A DNA stretch of 64,000 nucleotides, taken from a virus. Its lineage: Duplodnaviria; Caudoviricetes. The notes below the pieces were generated by a model. The model was given only the letters and a program-made list of their open reading frames with translations. It did not search any database and was not told the DNA's origin. A program made the position numbers and the translations under genes. Location of the stretch: positions 191,143-255,142 of the IMG/VR virus record IMGVR_UViG_3300038679_000357; one strand, written 5' to 3'. Of this stretch, positions 58,344 through 64,000 are shown piece after piece. Each line of letters opens with the position of its first letter. Position 1 is the first letter of the stretch.

Positions 58344-58733
58344 ATGTTCTTGCACTATGCCCTGGAGGACATTATTATGGTGAACGAATCCTTGCCTGTT
58401 GCCATCGTTAAGCGAGAAGATGATCCGCTACTCAAAAGATTTGATGAAATTGAGCGCTATGTTGGAACGAATTCAGAGTCAGAAAGAATTGCGGAAGCAG
58501 CTAGGGAATGGTATAAAATACGCAAAAGAGAGATCTCTGAGACCTTAATGAAGGCGGTAGCTAATACCGTTAAGGGAAGAAGGCGATTCAAGGTGAGAAC
58601 GAGATCTATTACATTTGGTAGTGGAAAGCTCGCTCAAGAGGTGTTGGATCTGGTAATTGCCGATTTAGCGGCTACGGGATATGAATGCGATCTAAAATCC
58701 AATTATCTGTATTTTCATCCCATCAGGCATTAA
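58344..58733 (+). CDS. Hypothetical protein
   Basis: 129-aa ORF; the true start may be 58377/58380 after GGAGG. Confidence 0.6.
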   Translation: MFLHYALEDIIMVNESLPVAIVKREDDPLLKRFDEIERYVGTNSESERIAEAAREWYKIRKREISETLMKAVANTVKGRRRFKVRTRSITFGSGKLAQEVLDLVIADLAATGYECDLKSNYLYFHPIRH

Positions 58734-59121
58734 CTCCAAAACTGTCCATATTCCATAGGATGATGAAGGCAAGGCGAGATTGTCCATAAGACCACAGCAG
58801 GTGATCGTCTATATCCAATCCAAGCCAGTCGGACCAGTATAATCCCATTGTGCTTCGACATATCGATTGCCCAGACGGACCTTTTGATTCGTTATCGGTC
58901 CAACATAATTTCGGTAAAAATGAGTGATCGTCCGGTGTTTCTGTTTTTAATGTGCCAGATGGACCACCACTTGGACCAATAGCCACCGTACATGATAACA
59001 TTTCGGTCAATAACGACTCAATTCCACTCATGGAAGAATACTTCCATTCCGGTACGCATAAAGAGGAAATTTCCGCTACGTCCTCAATGTCGCAAGAATG
59101 AAGCAACTCCCATACTTTCAT
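58723..59121 (-). CDS. Hypothetical protein
   Basis: 132-aa ORF with no competing longer frame. Confidence 0.55.
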   Translation of the reverse strand: MKVWELLHSCDIEDVAEISSLCVPEWKYSSMSGIESLLTEMLSCTVAIGPSGGPSGTLKTETPDDHSFLPKLCWTDNESKGPSGQSICRSTMGLYWSDWLGLDIDDHLLWSYGQSRLAFIILWNMDSFGVNA

Positions 59122-59956
59122 GATCGCCCTCCACCATTACAAAAATAGCCGCCACCACAATAAATATTTCTTAGTTTTATTGAAAAAAGCCTGTTGGCGC
59201 ATATCTTCCCACATGATATTGAGAGGAAAAAAAGAGAGATTTTTAGGATCTGAAAAAGAGCTATGCGCGTGGTTTAATCAAATCGCGGTTAGCGGTGGTT
59301 GGACTGTTTATCCAGAAACTGCTGGCTGGGATATGCTTCTTGTTCGTGATTTCTGCGGAAAAAAGATTTTTGCTGGTGTACAAGCAAAGTTACATTACAA
59401 CATTCATGTTATCGAACAGGTTCTGCAAAATTCTTCGCAAGTACATCATAAGGTTGTTTTAGTTCCTGATGCCAATAGTTCAATAGTAACAGTGGCGTTG
59501 GGAATGGTGATTATTAGGTGGAAGCGAGATGCTGAATCGGTTTTTTTGACCAATTATGAAAAATTTCACGAGATAGGATGTCCTGAGTTCTACTTCCCTG
59601 TCGATAATGATAAAATTCCGTGGACTCCGGATGTTTGCCCAGACTGGTTGCCGTCTGGAGATTCTTCCCCAAGAAGAATAGGCGTCTGGATGCAAAACGC
59701 TATCAAATTATTGGCTCATGCCAAGTTGAACGGCGGGAAGTTAAGAACTGACGATTTTTTCAGATATAAAATGAGAGCTGGACTATGGACTAGAAATGGT
59801 TGGGTTGAAAAGATCAAAAAAGAAGATGGGCGACACTGGTTATATTCAGTTCCTGAGAAAGGAAATGCCCGCAATCCTCGACCAGATATGATCCATCCTG
59901 AGTACCTAGAAAAAATGATCGAAAAAATGCGAGCAGAAAGTGAAAAATCTAATTGA
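59120..59956 (+). CDS. PD-(D/E)xK nuclease-like protein
   Basis: E...YPETAGWDMLLV.....AGVQAKL pattern; the true start is probably downstream (MILRG). Confidence 0.45.
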   Translation: MIALHHYKNSRHHNKYFLVLLKKACWRISSHMILRGKKERFLGSEKELCAWFNQIAVSGGWTVYPETAGWDMLLVRDFCGKKIFAGVQAKLHYNIHVIEQVLQNSSQVHHKVVLVPDANSSIVTVALGMVIIRWKRDAESVFLTNYEKFHEIGCPEFYFPVDNDKIPWTPDVCPDWLPSGDSSPRRIGVWMQNAIKLLAHAKLNGGKLRTDDFFRYKMRAGLWTRNGWVEKIKKEDGRHWLYSVPEKGNARNPRPDMIHPEYLEKMIEKMRAESEKSN

Positions 59957-60110
59957 GTGCCTTCTCCATCGTTTTGCATGTGTTTTGTTCGGCCATCATT
60001 ATGTAGAAGAGTTTGATTCTTCGGCATGGAGCCGAAGAACAGGCGTCGTGAAATGTGAATTTTGTGGCAAGATCGGTAACTTAAAAACATACAACAGGAG
60101 AGCGTTATGA
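59940..60110 (+). CDS. Small Zn-ribbon protein (DUF1660-like), missed by the ORF track
   Basis: GTG start; MKNLIECLLHRFACVLFGHHY...VKCEFCGKIG...AL*; overlaps the upstream stop and has an ATGA overlap with 60107. Confidence 0.65.
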   Translation: MKNLIECLLHRFACVLFGHHYVEEFDSSAWSRRTGVVKCEFCGKIGNLKTYNRRAL

Positions 60111-60352
60111 ATGACGTGTCCATTAATTCGGAACAAGGAATTATCGCCAAAGAGATTATGCGCGTTCAGGAAGATGAAAAAAAGTTTTCCCTCGCTATGA
60201 CCTCGACTTTGAATGAGGAAAAACAAAATTATTGGAAGAAGCGCGTTCATGATGCCAGGCGGAAAATTGATCGCTTGCAGATGAAGCTGAAAGATGCTGT
60301 TTCTACGACACCGCATACATGCTCGTCTGACTGCTCTCTCCATAGCCATTAA
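60107..60352 (+). CDS. Small coiled-coil protein
   Basis: 81 aa with an AGGAG SD. Confidence 0.6.
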   Translation: MNDVSINSEQGIIAKEIMRVQEDEKKFSLAMTSTLNEEKQNYWKKRVHDARRKIDRLQMKLKDAVSTTPHTCSSDCSLHSH

Positions 60353-60388
60353 AACTGGCATCAGACGGCTCATTTCGGAGTTAATTTT

Positions 60389-60925
60389 ATGCGCAGCGAT
60401 AAGATTGAAAAAAAATCGTACGCCAGTCATGAACCAGTTTTAAAAATGGTGGTTAACTCCATTCGGAATGGCTCTGTTGTCGAGTTCGGGTGCGGGCTGT
60501 CAAGCACCCCTATGCTAAGAGAGCTGTGCCAGAAAATGAGCCGTCGTTTATTCTCATATGAGAGTAATGCATCGTGGCTGGATATCGCTCAAAAAATGTG
60601 TCCACCGAGCGAACTTCACAATTATGTTATAGTGCAGTCATGGACTAACTTTTCCCCAGGCGTTGAAACTTGCCCGATAGGCGTGGCGTTTGTTGATCAC
60701 GGAAGCGCTCATAGGCGTGGGCATAGCGTCAACATTTTGTTGGATATCGCAGAAGTGGTTATTTGTCACGATACAGAGCGCCCTTGTCATGATCGTCCTG
60801 GCGGATATGATCATGATATCATATCGGCTAAGTACAAACGAGATTACACTCACGTGAAGCCGTGGACTACGGTTTGTTCTAATGTCCATGACGTTAGAGC
60901 GTGGGGAGAGCCGGAGTGGTGTTAG
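60389..60925 (+). CDS. Class I SAM-methyltransferase-like protein (glycan-associated type)
   Basis: VVEFGCGLSST motif I, VAFVDHG, VICHDTE. Confidence 0.7.
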   Translation: MRSDKIEKKSYASHEPVLKMVVNSIRNGSVVEFGCGLSSTPMLRELCQKMSRRLFSYESNASWLDIAQKMCPPSELHNYVIVQSWTNFSPGVETCPIGVAFVDHGSAHRRGHSVNILLDIAEVVICHDTERPCHDRPGGYDHDIISAKYKRDYTHVKPWTTVCSNVHDVRAWGEPEWC

Positions 60926-61386
60926 CGATAGCTTCCGATTTCAACTTTGCTTGCTGAAAGAATTTGGGCTAAGGCAATGCATAGGCGATACGCATCTTCG
61001 GCAGTTTCTTTTGCATTACTTTCTGACGAGACGCCAGAGCATAATGTATTCAATCTCGTCCAAGCTCTCTGAAATTTTACAGATTCTTGCATTGGGCGCG
61101 ATGAGTCATCAGCCGAAAGCATTGGACGAAGAAGCTTTTTAACTTCTGATTTGGCTCTTGATAAAAGCCTTAGATCGTTATCGGTTACTCCATGTTGTCC
61201 AATATTTTCAGTTATTTTATCAAATAAAAAGGCGGCAGCATATATCCTATCGCTGATTGACCCCTGTTCAATAAGCGCTTCCCCCTCGGCGGTGGATGTC
61301 CACCCCATTGATACGCCTACTGAGTACCATTCCTTGAAAGATACTTCCAGGGTGGATTTTCCAGATGCTATTTTAATAATCATCAT
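60922..61386 (-). CDS. Hypothetical protein with the same N-terminal leader as 55020..55355
   Basis: MIIKIASGKSTLEVSFKEWYSVGVSMGW. Confidence 0.65.
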   Translation of the reverse strand: MMIIKIASGKSTLEVSFKEWYSVGVSMGWTSTAEGEALIEQGSISDRIYAAAFLFDKITENIGQHGVTDNDLRLLSRAKSEVKKLLRPMLSADDSSRPMQESVKFQRAWTRLNTLCSGVSSESNAKETAEDAYRLCIALAQILSASKVEIGSYR

Positions 61387-61452
61387 CTTCTCCAGTTCGT
61401 ATATGATATCGTTCGGGAAGAGATAGTGTGATTCCTTTGGAAGGATATACCG

Positions 61453-61917
61453 TTGAAAATATGGAATTCCACACGCATGGACTGGTTAACTAAACATTTT
61501 AATTTTTCCTTGCGAAGAATCGCTTCTGATCCGGCGTCGATTTTGTCAGGGTTGCGCGATCATTTAGCTTCTGCCGCAATGACTGTTTATGAATCATGGG
61601 AGCAAGATGAAGATGGTATTGATCCAATGCTTGGCGGCGGCGGAATTTGTGATGAGATTGCCAAGGAAATTGGTAACATTTTAGCTAGAAATGGATTTGA
61701 CATTGGAGATGGCGGGCAGGACGATCATGCATGGGTTGTTGCAGTCATGGATGGGCGTGCATTTTCTGTCGATATTCCATGTCGATTGTACGAAACTGGA
61801 GCTTGGTACTCTTGGACAAAAAAGAAAAATGTACAATTGACTGGTAAGGATGTCGAAATTCACGAAATCCCATACGAAGATGTTGCCGAGATCTTCAATT
61901 CAGACAACTACAACTGA
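61453..61917 (+). CDS. Cys-His-Asp (papain/transglutaminase-like) domain protein with MDWLTK leader
   Basis: GGICDEIA...DHAWVV...SVDIP. Confidence 0.5.
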   Translation: MKIWNSTRMDWLTKHFNFSLRRIASDPASILSGLRDHLASAAMTVYESWEQDEDGIDPMLGGGGICDEIAKEIGNILARNGFDIGDGGQDDHAWVVAVMDGRAFSVDIPCRLYETGAWYSWTKKKNVQLTGKDVEIHEIPYEDVAEIFNSDNYN

Positions 61918-61937
61918 TATCGATAGGAGAGTGTATT

Positions 61938-62195
61938 ATGTTCATGCATGGACCAGCGTTCAATAAAATCTTTGCCTATAAAGAATTTCACGAAGCAATT
62001 GATGTCCCCGAAAGACCGAGTAATGTTCTGGAGGCTCCCGAAGGACTGGTGTTTGTTGCTGTTACTCGATATGAAGCTAGAGAAGAAGCTATTAGAGTTT
62101 CGTCTGATGAAATTCTTTCCGGCGTACCAGAAGAAAACACCGTGTGGTTAATGATGCCCGTTGATAAGGCAGAAAAGTTAGTTCACCCAGTTTAA
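61938..62195 (+). CDS. Hypothetical protein
   Basis: 85 aa with an AGGAG SD. Confidence 0.6.
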   Translation: MFMHGPAFNKIFAYKEFHEAIDVPERPSNVLEAPEGLVFVAVTRYEAREEAIRVSSDEILSGVPEENTVWLMMPVDKAEKLVHPV

Positions 62196-62203
62196 TTTTA
62201 TGA

Positions 62204-63031
62204 GTGGAGACAGGCGCAATGAATAGTTGGTTGATCAGATTTTCTTCTGAAGTGAGTGAAGAATTATCTGATCTTCGCAATAGATGGAAAAATGATGGTA
62301 TCGATTCCTATATCTCCGTTCGCGGGAATGATCTTGTTTTGTCGCAGATAGTCGTACCAAAAGAGCAAAGAGGACAAGGTGTTGGCTCCAGAAAAATGAA
62401 AGAACTGACCGATTTTGCCGATAAGTATAGAATGCGCATTCTTCTTACTCCAACAAAAGATTATGGCGCTTCGTCGGTACAAAGATTACAAGATTTTTAT
62501 AGCGGTTTTGGGTTTGTTTCAAATAAAGGAAAAAACAAAGACCACACCACTCAAGAGGCAATGATCCGTAATCCAGTTTTAGTTGCGCGTGAAAGATCAG
62601 TTTCTGCAGCAACGGATATACTCTCCAAATTGGTTCAAACTATGAAATCTAGGGCATTCGCCGCCGTTCTTGAAGAATGTCCGATGTGTTGCGGTCCGAC
62701 AGATGGTGGTTGCCTGGTTGTTGCGAAAGCCTTGCAAATGGCTTTAGATGGAGGGACGATTGTAAGAATTGTCTCAACACACGATGATGAGAGTGAATTA
62801 ACAGAACATTACGGACTTGAGATTGGCTCAGGAAAAATTATTGATGGTGATGGCGTTTTCCCAGACGCGCATTCCTGGCTTAACGCCTTTTCCGTTGAAA
62901 CACGCATCCTTCCGACAAAGTTACGAATTGAACGCGGCGTGTCTGACTCTCCAGAAGACGACACATATGATGATCCTACGACCGTGAAAAATCTAACGAA
63001 GATTCTTCAACGTGGAATGGGATATCGTTAG
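62204..63031 (+). CDS. GNAT acetyltransferase fused to a Cys-His-Asp domain
   Basis: IVVPKEQRGQGVGS (acetyl-CoA motif A), LQDFYSGFGF; then GGCLVVA...EHYGL...IIDGDG. Confidence 0.75.
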   Translation: METGAMNSWLIRFSSEVSEELSDLRNRWKNDGIDSYISVRGNDLVLSQIVVPKEQRGQGVGSRKMKELTDFADKYRMRILLTPTKDYGASSVQRLQDFYSGFGFVSNKGKNKDHTTQEAMIRNPVLVARERSVSAATDILSKLVQTMKSRAFAAVLEECPMCCGPTDGGCLVVAKALQMALDGGTIVRIVSTHDDESELTEHYGLEIGSGKIIDGDGVFPDAHSWLNAFSVETRILPTKLRIERGVSDSPEDDTYDDPTTVKNLTKILQRGMGYR

Positions 63032-63045
63032 TTTTCACACTTCAC

Positions 63046-63073
63046 TTGACAACTCCTTGAAAGTGGATATATT
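63046..63073 (+). promoter_or_regulatory. Sigma70-like promoter
   Basis: TTGACA-16 nt-TATATT upstream of 63098; preceded by TTCAC, as at 38736. Confidence 0.55.
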
Positions 63074-63097
63074 TAGTCTATAACCAAGGAGCAAGGT

Positions 63098-63328
63098 ATG
63101 AGCCGACAAGAGCATCAGATTTCTAGGAAAATAGTTACATTTCGAGGTGATTTCTGCGATCCATCGTGCCCAAATCTCTTAACTTACCGTTTCGGCACGG
63201 AATACTGCTGTCGAATCTTCTCGAAGGAAATTCCACCCCATCATCACATGAACGGTGGTCTTTCTCTGAGTGATGAGCTGTTGATCGTTCGAGACCCGGA
63301 ATGCGTGAAATCCACAATGGAGGAGTGA
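63098..63328 (+). CDS. Small Cys-rich protein
   Basis: C-x3-C, CC and C-terminal C; GGAG SD. Confidence 0.6.
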   Translation: MSRQEHQISRKIVTFRGDFCDPSCPNLLTYRFGTEYCCRIFSKEIPPHHHMNGGLSLSDELLIVRDPECVKSTMEE

Positions 63329-63373
63329 GGATAGTGTTTTAAGAATTTCATATGCAAACAATGCATACGGAGA

Positions 63374-63431
63374 AATTCATTTGCTTTTAGAGCAAGGAAA
63401 CCCCGACATCTTTAGTGTCGGTGGATGAATT
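63374..63431. mobile_element. Probable left-end hairpin of an IS200/IS605-family (tnpB) element
   Basis: Nested inverted repeats: AATTCAT...ATGAATT, TTGCT/AGCAA, and CCGACA-TCTTTAG-TGTCGG (63403-63421), upstream of tnpB. Confidence 0.6.
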
Positions 63432-63544
63432 GCGACTTGCATTCTCTTGCTCACTCTCCTATGTTTGTTATTTACTATAATTCACGAAAAATATATTTCA
63501 AATCTCAGAAGGATTTCACAACTTTGTTGTAGAATATATGAAGT

Positions 63545-64000
63545 ATGATACTTGCATATAAAATTAAATTAGCACCTTCAGAAGAACAAAACAAAGTTCT
63601 TCTGACTACGGTTGAACAGTATAAATATGCTATCAATGAACCTCTCGTTTTTGGTTTCGCTAATAAAGTTGTTTCTGGAGTAGAACTCCATAAAGCCACC
63701 TACTACCCAGTTCAAGAAAAAGTCAAACTTCCATCTCAGTTGATTTGCTCCGCTAGGTGCAAGGCAACTGAGATCCTTAAATCTATCAAAACAAAAACCA
63801 AAGGTTCTTTTAACACCAAGCAACCGAAATGCCATAAATTTCCTACAATCAGATATGACAGGAACTCTTGTGGTATCACCAAAGAGTTCGTGAAGCTTAC
63901 TACAGAACAGAGAAGAATCAAAATTCCAGTAGTTCAATCCGAATACACTAATAGAATTGACTTTAAACACATTCAAAGATCTTGTGAACTTCAGTACAAA
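63545..64000 (+). CDS. tnpB: TnpB RNA-guided endonuclease, N-terminal part (runs off the window; missing from the ORF track)
   Basis: Hand translation: MILAYKIKLAPSEEQNKVLLTTVEQYKYAIN...ELHKATYY...KLPSQLICSARCKATEILKS...IRYDRNS, a typical IS605/IS1341 TnpB N-terminus. Confidence 0.8.
   Translation, partial: MILAYKIKLAPSEEQNKVLLTTVEQYKYAINEPLVFGFANKVVSGVELHKATYYPVQEKVKLPSQLICSARCKATEILKSIKTKTKGSFNTKQPKCHKFPTIRYDRNSCGITKEFVKLTTEQRRIKIPVVQSEYTNRIDFKHIQRSCELQYK

Noticed and set aside
63578-63976. 132-aa minus-strand ORF
   Set aside because: It is a shadow of the plus-strand tnpB frame, which has recognisable motifs.
1-64000. Genome-wide stop-codon reassignment
   Set aside because: Long genes are intact under code 11. 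TAG ends genes at coupled junctions (936, 35500, 60925, 63031), and another in-frame stop follows shortly.

Overview
This window looks like part of a large (jumbo-type) tailed phage genome. It is densely coding, mostly on the minus strand, and contains no host housekeeping genes. From 1 to ~36.7 kb runs a morphogenesis region: acidic head-type proteins, baseplate/tail-tip and beta-propeller proteins with long poly-serine tracts, an Mtd_N tail fibre, a terminase large subunit, and two embedded glycosyltransferase/methyltransferase blocks (two GT9, one GT8-like, GT2s). It also holds a zincin-motif/class II nucleotidyltransferase fusion with an altered templating motif, a DUF192-WYL-like fusion and a trypsin-like protease. 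A divergent junction at 38.4-38.8 kb has three 21-bp tandem repeats, an AT-rich tract and a GC hairpin (origin-like), between an HTH protein and an RdgC-like gene. Next come a PAS-TM-coiled-coil protein, a 1626-aa tail fibre module, a putative ADP-ribosyltransferase, a vWA protein, a soluble AAA+/M41 protease fusion, small accessory genes (GNAT, Cys-His-Asp domains, methyltransferase) and the start of an IS200/IS605-family tnpB. The best candidates for undescribed biology are: (1) self-glycosylation of poly-Ser virion proteins; (2) shared N-terminal leaders plus K/R-x-A motifs marking enzyme cargo for capsid packaging and maturation cleavage; (3) a CCA-family enzyme with RNPLI in place of EDxxR; (4) a PAS-fused holin-like protein. 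All family calls come from motif recognition by eye, not from database searches.
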